A stretch of 64,000 nt of DNA from an uncultured Methanosarcinaceae archaeon (GTDB lineage: Archaea > Halobacteriota > Methanosarcinia > Methanosarcinales > Methanosarcinaceae): the NCBI GenBank assembly GCA_963833425.1, contig CAWHXP010000007.1:192001-256000 (forward strand), in the 5' to 3' direction. Positions 24,945 to 37,379 of this stretch are shown in pieces; within the stretch, counting starts at the first letter, position 1, and every line of letters begins with the position of its first letter. The position numbers and the translations under genes were made by a program. Below the pieces are notes generated by a model. The model was given only the letters and a program-made list of their open reading frames with translations, was not told the DNA's origin and made no database searches.

Positions 24945-26020
24945 TTAGCTTTTGAACTTCTGTGGGATTTAATGGTAAAGTAAGATAAAAAGTCAAACCT
25001 CTACTTAATTCAGATTCTACCCGTATACATCTCCCATGTATCCCTACAATTATTTTAAAATTGCAAGCACCATTCCGTCCCAAAATATTCCTCCCTTTTA
25101 TGAATCTTTTTAAAATTTAAAGATTCTTTCAGAATATTGCGAGTTAATTCCAATTCCGCTATCCTGAACTGAAAAATACTCATTCAATCGCTTTCTTCTT
25201 GCAGACAAATGGATTTTGGAAGCCTTTTCATTGTGGAATTTTATTTCGTTGAGTATCAGATTTGAAGTACCTTCACCAGCTGGGTTGAATCAGCCATTAC
25301 TTCAGGTAAAGGATCATTAGAAACTGTAGCTTTATTGTCTTTTATCATAAATTTGAAATTGGATAGTGCCTGATTCAAAATAAATTCACAATTCGTAGTT
25401 TCAGGTTCCCTAGCACCTCTAGTCACTAAGGAGAATTCTAAAAGATTATTTATCAGACTTTGCACACATACAGTCAATCAACAGCAAAGTGAATGTACTT
25501 ATCAGCCTTATCATCGAGATCGCCATGGTATCTTCTTTGCAAAAGCTGCAAATAACTTGAAATCATCCTTAAGGGTTCTTGTGAGTCGCGAGATAAAACA
25601 AAACAAATTGTTCTAATTCTTCATTTGAGCTAGTAAGTTCTTCTATTTTCAACTTCAACATTTTTTCTGCTTTCTAATGTCACAGGCATAAAAATTAACG
25701 TAGCCAGATTCCAAATGATGTGACTTTCAAGTCGCAAGTACTTGATATGATTCGCAGAACTCACAAGGCTTTGTGAATCCAAATCGAAATTGGGGTCTTA
25801 CCCAAGTGCGAACAACTGAGTATGTTTGTACCATCACGCCAATGATAAAGGAATTGTTGAAAATCAAATATTTTCATTTGCTTATATGCTCCTTTTTCTC
25901 CCTGGTTTCAATGATCTCCAACTGATTTTAACGGTATCGAGAGTCACACTATCACTAACAGTTCTAATATAACCTCCCTTACCCCATAAGTTACAACATA
26001 ACTATTTTTAATCGCATTGC
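24945..26020 (-). pseudogene. PAS-HisKA-HATPase sensor kinase pseudogene
   Basis: A SHDLQEPLRMISSYLQLL-like box at ~25540-25600 and DPLPEVMADSTQLV. It is a close paralogue of 49385-50862 and has many lesions. Confidence 0.85.
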
Positions 26021-26684
26021 ATCTCTTAATGATTTTTCTTTCTGTTATGCCTTTTATAATCTTAATCATTCTTCAAGAAAAATTATGGTTAATAAGCAAT
26101 GAAAAAATGTGCATTGCCATATCAGTACAAATTGCATCAAATTCAAAACACTACGGTCTACTAATTTTCGAAATATGTACATTTTAAAGTTGATTATGTT
26201 ACTGACTTGAATAAACTTTTTCAGAGACTTCACAGTAAAAAATATTGAAAAATCATCTATGGACAAAATGATTTGTACGTCGTAGTTCTATTTATAGTAC
26301 TAATGTAGATTAAAGTATAAATCTATTAGTTAATAACCGCCTTTTTGTAGATGCACACATTTGATAGAAATTTTATTAGACACCTAAATTTTGTCATATG
26401 ACCATAAATGAGTTATAAGCAAACCGTGAAAATAAGGAATTTGCTAAAATCCTCTAATGATTGCAGATTTTTAATTCACTGCCCTTCAAATTGATACTAT
26501 AGGATCTCGATAAGCCCCTGATTTCCATGAGTCGTTTGATAAAAAGTAGAGATTCATCGAAATTCTCATGAGTAAAATTAACAGTATCAAGGCAACAGCC
26601 AACTAGTCAGAAGTTATAAAAGCAGAAACTGGATCTGTGGACAGAGGACCATTATTAAATATAAGGGTTATATTTAATACAAAG

Positions 26685-27596
26685 ATGATAGACGAAACAC
26701 GAAGGATTTTTAAGGAGCTTGATTCAAAGAATTTAAGAATTCTATCTGGTATCGAAATAGGAATGAAGCATTTTGAATGGGTGCCAATAGAAGAACTAAA
26801 TAAATACACTAAGTTGCCCTTTGATAAGTTGGAATATAGGCTGAAAAAGCTTGTTCAGAACAAGCTTGTTATCAGGAACACTAAATCTTATGAAGGTTTT
26901 CAGCTTTACTTCGAAGGATATGATACTCTTGCCATCAATGCCTTTGTCAAGAGGAAGAGTATCAGTGATATAGGAAGTGAAATCGGGGTAGGAAAGGATT
27001 CAATAATTTTTGAAGCTATCAGGCAGCCGGAACTTGCAATTGGAAAATCCACTTCAGTCATAATTAAATTTTACAGGGGAGGCAAAAGCAGTTCCAATCA
27101 ACTAAAGAGATTGAGTGAGCACATGGGCAAAGGAGAAAACTTTTCACGGATTTACGCCTCCCGCCTCGCTGCCCACCGGGAGTATGAGATCATGAGCAAT
27201 TTATACCCAAAAGTCTCAATCCCAAAGCCTTTTGATCAGAATAGGCATGTGATAGTCATGGATCTTGCAAAAGGTAGCCTCCTTTCAAAAACAAAACTTC
27301 TTGATCCGGAATGGCATCTCAATGAGATTCTCAAACAGGTAAAAATCACCTATTCAATGGGAATCATCCATGCCGATTTAAGTGAGTTTAACATATTTGT
27401 TTCCGAAGAGGGGGTCCAGATCATTGATTGGCCACAGTATATCACTCAGGAACACCCTCAAGCTGGTGAAATCCTCGAAAGGGACATTTCGAATATACTG
27501 ATCCATTTCTTCCGGAAGTATGGAATTAAAAGAGAACTTAAAGAACAAATCAATAAAATTAAGATTGAAGCAAATAAAGGAGGATCTTTGCCTTAG
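26685..27596 (+). CDS. rio2: RIO2-type serine/threonine kinase (N-terminal wHTH + RIO kinase)
   Basis: GMKHFEWVP, GYDTLA, IGVGKDS, HADLSEFNI and IIDWPQY. The ATG at 26685 is preferred over the GTG at 26637. Confidence 0.9.
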   Translation: MIDETRRIFKELDSKNLRILSGIEIGMKHFEWVPIEELNKYTKLPFDKLEYRLKKLVQNKLVIRNTKSYEGFQLYFEGYDTLAINAFVKRKSISDIGSEIGVGKDSIIFEAIRQPELAIGKSTSVIIKFYRGGKSSSNQLKRLSEHMGKGENFSRIYASRLAAHREYEIMSNLYPKVSIPKPFDQNRHVIVMDLAKGSLLSKTKLLDPEWHLNEILKQVKITYSMGIIHADLSEFNIFVSEEGVQIIDWPQYITQEHPQAGEILERDISNILIHFFRKYGIKRELKEQINKIKIEANKGGSLP

Positions 27597-27801
27597 TAGT
27601 TAATCGAAGTAATTATTTCACCAACTGTCTCAGATACTCAGTAAATCTTCAATCCATTATTATCGATTTTACGGAAAAGTAATGTTGCTATTAGTTTTTT
27701 TTCTTTCGCAGTATTCGTATCAATTAGAGTTGATAGGTAAATATAAAATACCCTTTTGAAATTATCCTTAAACGCACAAAATCTGCTTGTTTTTGTATAT
27801 T

Positions 27802-27858
27802 ATAATTATAACAATAATAATAATAAGAATAATAATAATAACAATAATAATAAATAAT
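27802..27858. repeat. Imperfect (AAT)n microsatellite
   Basis: ataattataacaataataataataagaataataataataacaataataataaataat. Confidence 0.8.
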
Positions 27859-28102
27859 CATCCATCTATACAATATCTTTTGATCGTATCTCCAGAGCTA
27901 AACTAAGCTGATTTATTTCGTTCAGTCACGTATGATGCTGATTATATTAATCGCTCCTTTTGAGACCTAAAAATGTGTTCTAAATAATACCAAGCATCTT
28001 AATCCCATTTTTTTTGTAACCGTCTCAATTTTACTCAGATGTACACAAGAGTTCCAAATATTTTTTCTAATATGACAGTAGCTTAAAAAGTAATCTAATT
28101 CT

Positions 28103-29094
28103 AGCTCCGTAGAAATTTTTAATTTGATGCAAATTATTTCTATAACTTTTTTGTTTATGTTGCATAATATTAATTTAATTTTAATCTCCTTTACTTTATA
28201 ACAGAATTTTCTTGTCCTAAGTGTTTCTCCTAATTTTATTTTAACTACAGAAAATATTGTTTCCACAATATTTCTCTGATTATATTTAATTCTGTCAAAA
28301 ACTAGGTTCAACTGTTTTCTATATTTCTCCGTATTTTTTTCCTTTTTCTCTCTCTTACAGGTATAATTGTATCTGCTTTGATTTTCTTCTCTAATTATTT
28401 AATGTATTTTCTCTGAATCGTATCCTATCGATTACATAACAATCAAACTTTCTCATCTTATTTGATTGACTTATCAGAACATTTGCATGTTTGATTTCAT
28501 GGTCTGTTTTTTGACTAATTTTCCATCCCAATATTACCTTTTTACTTGTGTCTACTAATATTGAAGTTCTCAGGAAGCTCCCTCGATCTTCCCAGTTCTT
28601 CTGTTATAAGAATAACTTAAATATAAACTCGTAAATCCTGTTGTATCAATTGCTGCAATAGAAACAGTTTCTTTATATGAGTAAAACAGCTTTAGAATCC
28701 TTGACAGAAGAAAGTTAAATAGAGAAGATGAAATCCTGGTTACATACTTTTGAAGGGGAGTGAAATGTGGAATCTTATCAAGAGCAAGTTTTTTTATATC
28801 GCTCATAAGGTCAATAAGTTCTACAAAATCTCGATAGGCTGTACTAATATACTCTTTCAATAAAACCAGCGCAAGAAGTTGATGCTGGATAAATGTGTTT
28901 TGAATACTTGCAGGTAAAGCTTCAGTCTCGAAGACTGAGCAATTTCAAGGCTGGTATCTACAAATTTAATGTACTTATTAAGTTTTAATATTGAATGTTC
29001 CTTCGTTTTTAGCTGAAAAATAAGAAAAGTATTCTAACTGAACAATTATAATAATGTAGTGTAAAAGTTAGATTTAGAGCATTTCTACAGAGCC
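28103..29094 (-). mobile_element. IS5-family (IS903/ISH1-like) element, transposase pseudogene
   Basis: TIRs agctccgtagaaat / atttctacagagcc. Fragments YRDFVELIDLM..IPHFT, AIDTTGF and RNIVETIFSVVK. Confidence 0.85.
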
Positions 29095-29809
29095 CGATTT
29101 TAATACATTTATAAATTGAGTACACTGCTACAATAATATGGGTACTATGGGAATCAACAGCAGAGCTTTTAACTTTGGATTAATGATAGTTCACCTTAAA
29201 AAAGTCATTTTTTAGTTCTTAGATTAAGGTAATACTATTTTTAATGTAATTGGACTTAATTTAATTAAAATTAATATCTTTGAGAGGAATTTTTGTTCCC
29301 GACATTTTTGACCTTGTATCATTGATTGAAGATTCAGGAGAATCAGCTATAAGATGTTGCAGCAGGGAATAATCCAGAAGATTAAGACTGTAAACTGGCT
29401 ACATCTATCCTAAAACCAGAGTAATTTTTGTTTCACAAACAACTGTTTATTACCTCAGATAATTTATATAATATTTTCCTGATTTGTAGAAATAATTTTG
29501 AAATTGACAAAATTTGTAACTACTGTTTATTCTAAGATATTTACTTTAGTTGAAGCGTACGAGAATAAAATAGAAGGGAATAAATATCACAAACAATTTT
29601 ACTTGATTTAAATATCATAAAAAAAAAATATCATGATCAAAATTTGAAATCATTAGGATCTCTGTAGTTGGACTGAAAAATCAATAGTATCGAAACCATT
29701 AATGTCTGAAATGCAGATTTGATCACAAAATCTATTGTACATAATTTCGCACCCAACGCAAATTCTAATTACATAAAAAACGAGGTATTAGGTCATAAGG
29801 TAGGTAAAA

Positions 29810-31268
29810 ATGGAAAAGAAAAATGTTTTGATCTTGGGAACGGCCTCACATGTTGGGAAAAGTTCAGTAGTGACTGCCTTATGCAGGATACTGTCAAGAA
29901 AATACAGGGTTGCTCCCTTCAAGGCTCAAAATATGAGTCTAAATTCCTGGATTACAAAAGATGGAAAAGAAATTGGAATTGCTCAGGCAATCCAAGCAAA
30001 AGCTGCAGGTTCCGAACCAACTGCTGATATGAATCCTGTTCTCCTGAAACCCAAAGGGGATTTTGTTTCCCAGATAATCCTTCTCGGAGAGCCTTATTCT
30101 GACAAAAGTGCAGGCCAGTACTATGATTCCATCTCAGAAATGAATGCAGTCCTTGAATTAGCTCTAGACAGGCTTTCTGTAGAATATGACATAATTGTTA
30201 TGGAAGGAGCAGGCGCAGCTGCCGAAATTAATCTATATGAAAGAGATATTGTAAATGTAGGCACCGCGAGGCTTACGCAAGCTCCAATAATACTTGTTGG
30301 TGATATTGAGAGAGGAGGCGTTTTCTCAAGCCTTTATGGAACAGTTGCACTTTTGCCTGAAGATGTACAGAAAAACGTCAAAGGGTTTATTATTAATAAG
30401 TTCCGAGGAGACATGGAAATTTTGAAGCCAGGACTTAAACAACTTGAAGAGAAGACTGGAATTCCGGTACTTGGGGTTCTTCCTTATTTCAAGCTCCATA
30501 TTCCCTCAGAAGATTCAGTTTCACTTGAGGATAAAAAAAATCCAAAAAATGAAAAAGGTATAGAAATCATAGTCATAAATCTACCCAGAATATCAAATTT
30601 CACTGACTTCGAACCTCTGGAGGAACTAGCCAATATTCGCTATGTGAACCTTCACGAAGAACTCGGAACCCCTGATGCAATCATAATCCCAGGTACAAAA
30701 AATACTGTTAATGATTTGATCGACTTAAAAGCAAGCGGAATGGCTGAAAAAATCAAAGCTTTTAAAGGAAAAATTCCTATTTTCGGGATATGTGGAGGCT
30801 ATCAGATAATGGGGAAAACAATTTTCGATTCAGGGGTTGAAAATGGGATTGAAGCAGAATTTAAAGGCCTTGGCCTTCTGGATGTGGCGACAAAGTTCGG
30901 AACATACAAAAAGAAGACGATTCAGGTCACAAAAATAGTTAATCCCTGTGGCCCGATCCTCACTCCCATATGTGGGGAGGAAATAAAAGGATATGAAATC
31001 CATATGGGAATTACGGATTCCCTTCTGCAGCATATTTGGGGACGATGGTGCAATTGACAAGGAAGGCCTGGTAATTGGCACGTACATTCATGGTCTTTTT
31101 GAGAACAAGAATATCAGAGATGCACTTGTGCAGTACCTCTACAAGAAAAAAGGACTCGAATTCATGCCTGAAGATGTTATGACCGAAAACGACGCTTACG
31201 ACGAGCTCGCAAATTTTGTTGAGAGGAATTTGGATATGAAAAAAATTAACAAAATAATAGGAATATGA
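29810..31268 (+). CDS. cobQ: Cobyric acid synthase, one frameshift at ~31022
   Basis: GTASHVGKS, PFKAQNMSLNS, EGAG, DIERGG, RISNFTDF, GICGGYQ and GYEIHMG, then GTYIHGLF in the next frame. Confidence 0.93.
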
Positions 31269-31315
31269 AAAAAATGTGGAGATATAATTTGTTAAAGTTA
31301 TGCAATTGAATTGAG

Positions 31316-31402
31316 GGGTATTTTCGATAAATCCTAAATTTTGTCATCTTCCAATGGATGTACATGGATGACTCGTGAAAACAGAGATCCATAGAAATCC
31401 TC
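31316..31402. mobile_element. ~90-bp MITE copy
   Basis: ttttcgataaatcctaaattttgtcat...tcgtgaaaacagagatccatagaaatcctc. Confidence 0.65.
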
Positions 31403-31519
31403 TAGAAAGAAATGAGCTTAAGATATCAAACTGTTTATAAAGTAAATGTGATTAGAACACCTATTGTACTTTCTTTTACGCTTTAAGTGTGTGAATACTA
31501 CTATTTTTCAAGTTAAATG

Positions 31520-31786
31520 GTGACTACTCCCCTGACTAGAGTGAGGGGCAACTATCGGCTTTACGAATAAATTCTAACCCCTATCTGAGAATGTTAATAG
31601 CAGCATTATGATCTCTATCAAGAATAAAACCACAGAAAAGACACTATTGCTCTACCTTTCTAAATGTTATGTGAATCTGTTATGTGTTCGTGATATTTGA
31701 TTTATATGTTTACAAATCTGATACTAACTGTTGTTTTATTTTCACGATCATACTGCAAGGTGCCCACTGCTTCAGATGTGAGTTCA
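31520..31786 (-). mobile_element. tnpB: Non-autonomous IS200/IS605 remnant retaining the tnpB 3' tail and right end
   Basis: The minus strand reads LDRDHNAAINILR (TnpB RuvC-III), followed by a hairpin cccct..agggg and terminal ...gtagtcac. Confidence 0.75.
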
Positions 31787-32217
31787 CCATTTTATAATCG
31801 TAATGAGATCGATATCATTTGGATTTGTTAATTTTACTGATGTGTTTATCAAGCCATCAAGGTATCAATGCTTATAGATACAGAGTAACGAGCTTTTGAT
31901 TGAGAATAGAATTCAAACCGCTTTTCAAAAAAATATTTTTGTGCAAGAAGACTATTTAATCTGATAAAGGATCTGTCAATAAATTATCAATTTAAATTTA
32001 TAATTCTAATATTGTATAACATATTTGACTTGACACTTCAAGCATATAGATACTAACAAAGAAAAAAAAATAACCTTCTCTAATTGCGGAGCCTGCATTT
32101 TACAAGCTTTCAGAAAGATTTCCTTGAGGTTTTTGAAGCCGCGGAAACTGAAAATTACACAATATGGAAAAAATTAATTTAAAGTCTAAGTTTTGGCAAC
32201 CAAATTTGTATAAACGA

Positions 32218-32583
32218 TTAATCACGGATTATCTTTGGAAGGCAATGAGTACAGACCCAAAGACTCTCCCTCTTGTGTCTGAGAGGCAAGAGACAATTAA
32301 TGTTTTCTCCGGTTCCGCAGGAAAAGCGGTGAACAAAGATATCTTTTTCTTGGGTTGAACTTCTGCTTTTTCTCTATTAAACTCAATGGTATGTCTTCCT
32401 TCAACTGAGATCGCACCCTCGAGGCAGAGGCAAAGACAAAAACCCATTATTCATATAGTTTTTAAGATAGAACCTTCTCTTTTCGGTCAATGATTTGAAT
32501 AGCGCCTCAGCACAGGGTGCTACATATTTTCCGCAGCCTTTGCAGTTTTCTTCGTCAAGTTTCAATACCATTCGTTTTACCAT
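32218..32583 (-). pseudogene. 4Fe-4S dicluster ferredoxin-domain protein pseudogene
   Basis: CKGCGKYVAPCAE, GFCLCLCLEGAI and a C-terminal WVCTHCLP-like motif. It has frameshifts and lost cysteines. Confidence 0.75.
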
Positions 32584-33224
32584 AAAGCCAAATGCATTAA
32601 TGATATTATACCAAAATTTTACCTTCCGACTTATGCAATTGGAATGAAAGATCGATAATATTAGAATTGTAACTATCCAAAATCGGTCTTGGAATTACAA
32701 CGTCCATCATGGTAAATTTTAATCATCGAGTACATAAATTTTAATTAAATAAACTTGAATTTATTTATTTGCTATCTGTTAACTAATTTTATGCACATCT
32801 ACGAACCACATATAATGATTTTCCAACGTGAATTATTAATATAGGATTTCTACAAAGCAGGATTCATTGCCTTAAGATACATTAAGAAAAACAAGTCTCG
32901 TATGTGACCTATTTAAAAGGCTACAGGCTCTCAAATTTTTGTATCCTGCTTCAAGATCTCATTGGTGCCTTTGATAGTTCATTAATATATGATTAATGTT
33001 TCACGAGATTTTCTTCAATACAACTTTTGTGTATTTTTATATGTCCATAATTTTCCTGGAAATTAGGTACTGCTAGAGATTTGAAGATTTTAGTCGTTTA
33101 AATTCGAAATTTATTTAGTATGGATACCGGTTTCTATTTCGAAACTCTCATTTTTTTTATATAGAAACAAATAATTATGTAGTATAATTCAAATAATATT
33201 ATCGATGAAAGGAGATATTTAAAT

Positions 33225-33437
33225 ATGCACGATTTAGCAGGAAAAGGTCCAATGATGCAGACTGTGATGACTCAAACGTGGGAACTTCTGACTGAAGAAC
33301 AGAAGAAAAAAATTTCAGTGATGAGAATGGATATGATAATTAAATTTTTAGAAATGAAAATATCTGGTATGGAAAAGATGATCGAACTAAAAAAAGAAGC
33401 TATAGCCAATGTTCGAAAAACCCAGAAAATGATCTAA
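33225..33437 (+). CDS. Small helical hypothetical protein
   Basis: 70-aa ORF with an aggag RBS and an upstream TATA-like box. Confidence 0.65.
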   Translation: MHDLAGKGPMMQTVMTQTWELLTEEQKKKISVMRMDMIIKFLEMKISGMEKMIELKKEAIANVRKTQKMI

Positions 33438-33807
33438 CACGACAAATAAGTCCAATAGAAGAATGTTATCTGAATTTAAGCTATGTGGAAATTCCCTGAA
33501 ATAACAAATTTCCATAACTATTCAAGTAGGGCAGCGTGCATAATTTTATATACAATCTGCCTATACCCTTTATCTTCTGTTTTTTGGTTCAACCGCGTTA
33601 ATTCTAAAAATAATTGGCAATAAAAATGAATACTGCTAGAACTAAGCATTAATAGTTTCTAAGGATCTTCGCGAACAGTTCAGCGAAAATTGGTTTCCAT
33701 TCTTTGAGGTTTTTGTTGGAAATTCAATGAGATTTAGAATTTTTTCATCTACAACGAAAGAAAAATTACAAAATAATCTTTAAATCCCCTTTAAAAGGAG
33801 TAAATCT

Positions 33808-34585
33808 ATGCGGATTCTTAGTACTTTATACGGGCGAACTTGGGAGAAAGGTTATCCAGAATCTGATCAACTCAAGCAATTTCTGCGTGTCCTGTGGGGA
33901 TCTATGTAACCACTGCAGGCAAGCCAGAAAGTCCTATGCAAATATGATTGTGGGAATTCATGAATTTCCTGAAGACCTGCCCACATTTATAGAAGAACCA
34001 GAACAGTATATTCCAACAGAGCTTCCGGAATGTGACCTGATACTTGCTATTGGCATCCATCCAGATCTTCTTGCATATCTTCCGGATGTCGTGAAGAAAA
34101 CTAAGGCTAAAGCCGTTATTGCACCTGCTGAAGATTCGAAGAAAACTCCGGCAGGGGTTCTTGAGCAACTCAGGAAAGAGCTGGAGGCCACGGGAGTAGA
34201 GTTTGAAGGACCAAGGCCTTTCTGTTCACTCGAAAAAACCGGAAAACCGATCATAGATTCTTTTGTTGACCTTGGATTCGGAAAGCCTGTACTTAGGATC
34301 AAAACAAGTCTTGATGGGAAGATGTTCATAGGAGTAGGGGTAATTAGGGATGCTCCCTGTGGTTCTACGTGGTTTGTGGCGAAAAAACTCGGTTGGTCCG
34401 ATATTCCAGGATATAAAGAAACCATTTCAGGTGCACATCACTCCTATCCCTGTACCGGGAGTATGGACAAGGATCCACAGCTCGGTGATACTATCCTGCA
34501 TAAGGCTGGATATACCATAAGAGAAGCAGTTGAAGCGGGAATAGAGTCTGAAAAGAAGGAAACGAGTCAACAGTCTGCAACCTAG
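33808..34585 (+). CDS. DUF166-family protein (+1 frameshift near the start)
   Basis: RBS aggag plus ATG at 33808; CVSCGDLCNHCR, IHPDL, PFCSL, APCGST, HHSYPC and LHKAG. Confidence 0.8.
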
Positions 34586-34837
34586 CCAATAAAATCTCAA
34601 GCCTTAGCTTCTGAAAATCAAGTTTTCATTATTGAGGTTTCCTTATCGAAACTGTCTCCTATATATGATCTAACATCATATGAAAAATGGTCTCCTAAAT
34701 GCAGCGATGCTAAAAAATATCTTTCTGTTATTAATGTAGCTACACATTACTGATTATGGAAATGAAATATTTTATGAAACTTAATTAAAGAAAAAACGTG
34801 GATTAAACCGAATTATCATTTTTGAGGGTAAACAAAT

Positions 34838-36460
34838 ATGTTTTGTAATCAATGTCAAGAAACTCTTAACTCACAAGGTTGTACGAAAAATGGGGTATGC
34901 GGCAAAAAAGGGGAAGTTGCAGACCTTCAGGACAGACTTCTCTATGTTCTCAAAAGCATCGCGTTCTATAACCTGAAGGCTAGAGCTGAAGGCACTAATG
35001 AAGAAGCGACAGATAGATTTGTACTGGACAGCTTTTTTGCTACCCTTACAAATACTAATTTTGACAGACAAGCAATTGAGTACATTATTATAAAAGGGTT
35101 TAATTTAAGAGATGCGATTAGAGCAAAAATTCCTGCTGATAAGTTAGCTGCCGAAAAAAATCTACCGGCTGTGGCTACTGTTACCCTTGAAAGCATACAA
35201 GATATGGATGTTGCGGTTCATTCTACGCATGATGAGGATATAAGGTCGCTCCGAGAACTTCTGACCTACGGCCTTAAGGGAATGGCTGCTTATTCTCACC
35301 ATGCTTACGTGCTGGGTTATAAGGACGAAGCAATCTTCGAGTTCATAGAAAAAGGGCTGATTTCGACCACAGATGATAGCTTGGGATTAAAAGACCTTAT
35401 TAGCCTTGTTCTGGAATGCGGGAAAAAAGGTGTTTCAACTTTGGCTCTGCTTGATAAAGCTAACACTGAAACATATGGAAACCCTGAGCCTACTGTTGTC
35501 AATATCGGGGTGAGAGATAGGCCAGGGATCCTTATTAGTGGCCATGATCTACGTGATCTAGAACAGCTTCTTGAGCAGACAAAGGGTAAGGGAGTTGATG
35601 TTTATACCCATGGAGAGATGTTGCCTGCCAATTCGTATCCTGCTTTCAAGAAGTACGATAACTTCGTAGGCAATTATGGGAGTTCTTGGTGGAAACAGAA
35701 TGAAGAGTTTGAGAAATTTAATGGACCTATTCTGCTGACGACAAACTGTATAATCCCGCCAAGAGAATCCTACCGAAACAGGATTTACACTACAGGAGTA
35801 GTGGGTTTTGAAGGACTTACCCATATATATGAAAAAGAAAATGGTTCAAAGGATTTCACTCCTTTGATTAAACAAGCAAAAACAAGCAAGCCCCCGGAGC
35901 AGCTGGAAAGCGGAACAATTACTTGTGGCTTTGCACACGAAGCAGCCCTATCAGTTGCTGATAAAATAATAGACGCGGTAAAATGTGGAAAAATAAGCAG
36001 GTTCATAGTTATGGCAGGCTGCGACGGAAGGCACAAGGAGAGAGCTTACTACACTGAATTTGCAAAAACTCTCCCAAAAGACACAGTTATCCTGACCGCA
36101 GGCTGTGCCAAATACCGCTACAATAAACTGGATCTTGGCGACATCGAAGGAATTCCAAGAGTTATTGATGCTGGCCAGTGTAATGATTCTTACTCACTTG
36201 TAGTAATAGCCCAGAAACTTGCAGAAGCCTTTGGTATCAAGGATATAAACGATCTACCTGTATCCTATAACATCGCTTGGTACGAGCAAAAAGCAGTTCT
36301 CGTTCTGCTTGCTCTCTTGAGCCTTGGAATAAAGAATATCACCCTTGGTCCTACACTTCCGGCCTGTATATCTCCGCAAGTTCTTAAAGTGTTGGTAGAT
36401 AATTTCAACATAAGACCAAACACAATCGTCGAAGAAGATATGAAAATACGTTTGAATTAA
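34838..36460 (+). CDS. hcp: Hybrid cluster protein (hydroxylamine reductase)
   Basis: [43 protein letters not shown] and WYEQKAV. Confidence 0.96.
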   Translation: MFCNQCQETLNSQGCTKNGVCGKKGEVADLQDRLLYVLKSIAFYNLKARAEGTNEEATDRFVLDSFFATLTNTNFDRQAIEYIIIKGFNLRDAIRAKIPADKLAAEKNLPAVATVTLESIQDMDVAVHSTHDEDIRSLRELLTYGLKGMAAYSHHAYVLGYKDEAIFEFIEKGLISTTDDSLGLKDLISLVLECGKKGVSTLALLDKANTETYGNPEPTVVNIGVRDRPGILISGHDLRDLEQLLEQTKGKGVDVYTHGEMLPANSYPAFKKYDNFVGNYGSSWWKQNEEFEKFNGPILLTTNCIIPPRESYRNRIYTTGVVGFEGLTHIYEKENGSKDFTPLIKQAKTSKPPEQLESGTITCGFAHEAALSVADKIIDAVKCGKISRFIVMAGCDGRHKERAYYTEFAKTLPKDTVILTAGCAKYRYNKLDLGDIEGIPRVIDAGQCNDSYSLVVIAQKLAEAFGIKDINDLPVSYNIAWYEQKAVLVLLALLSLGIKNITLGPTLPACISPQVLKVLVDNFNIRPNTIVEEDMKIRLN

Positions 36461-37379
36461 GTATGAGTCTAGGGAAAACTGGAGAATCTGAGGGAGAAAA
36501 ACAAATATTTTTTTTCAAGCTTTGGTTCTCTTTATTTTTGATTACAAGCTTCTAGTTACAATTAAGATAAAAGAAGAAGGGACAAAGAATATCAAGACTT
36601 CAAGTTACTGAGAATGCTTTTTATCGTTTTATTCGCTTGCATCAAAAACAGCGGGTAGCTACACAGGCACAATTGCAAGACTTGAAAATATACGCACTAA
36701 TTTGCTTTAAAAGAATCCAATTCTACATAGAATTGCAAGGTGGGATTAAAGTCGTTGAGACACTAGCATCTCAACCTGCGACCAAAGCTGATCATTTCCA
36801 GGAAAAAAGTGATAGAATTGAAAAGGAGATAGAACTTCTGAGAAAACGATATGCTACCGAAAAAATCGAAGTATTCGAAGCAACAACAATCAAATTTCGG
36901 GCTATTGCTATTGGCCATTAATTTCAGGCACACGGAAACCATTCATTCAGTAAGCATATTATCGTTGATGCATGATAGCACAAAAACAGCTGAAGATGTT
37001 GTTGCTGTCAATAGCTAGGCTGTCTTTGACCTACCCAATAGTTTTAAAAATAATAATCCAAAGGTCTAAGAGAAATTAGTCGATAAATTAGAGAATTTTT
37101 ACTTTTTGATCAATAGAGTTTATATAAATAGAATTCCGATAAGCCAATAAATTTAGTCATACGTTTATAAAACCGCATATTAATGACTTGTAAAACTCAG
37201 AGATACATGAAAGCTTCTAAATTTTTATCGATCTGTATATTAATCACGACCATCTAGGGAATTTATCATTTAGACAATAAGATGAATTTATTAGAATGTA
37301 TGCTATGTTACCAAGCCAAAAAGTTGCTATATTTATATCGAAAGGATAGAAATAAATGAAAAATAAGTAATTACTTAAC

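Noticed and set aside
30993..31057. Programmed ribosomal frameshift in cobQ (also considered for nfo)
   Set aside because: No canonical slippery heptamer with a downstream structure was seen at the junctions, so a simple indel is more parsimonious.
36637..37070. 94-aa ORF downstream of hcp
   Set aside because: It has a TTG start and no recognisable motifs. It may be a fragment and cannot be supported.
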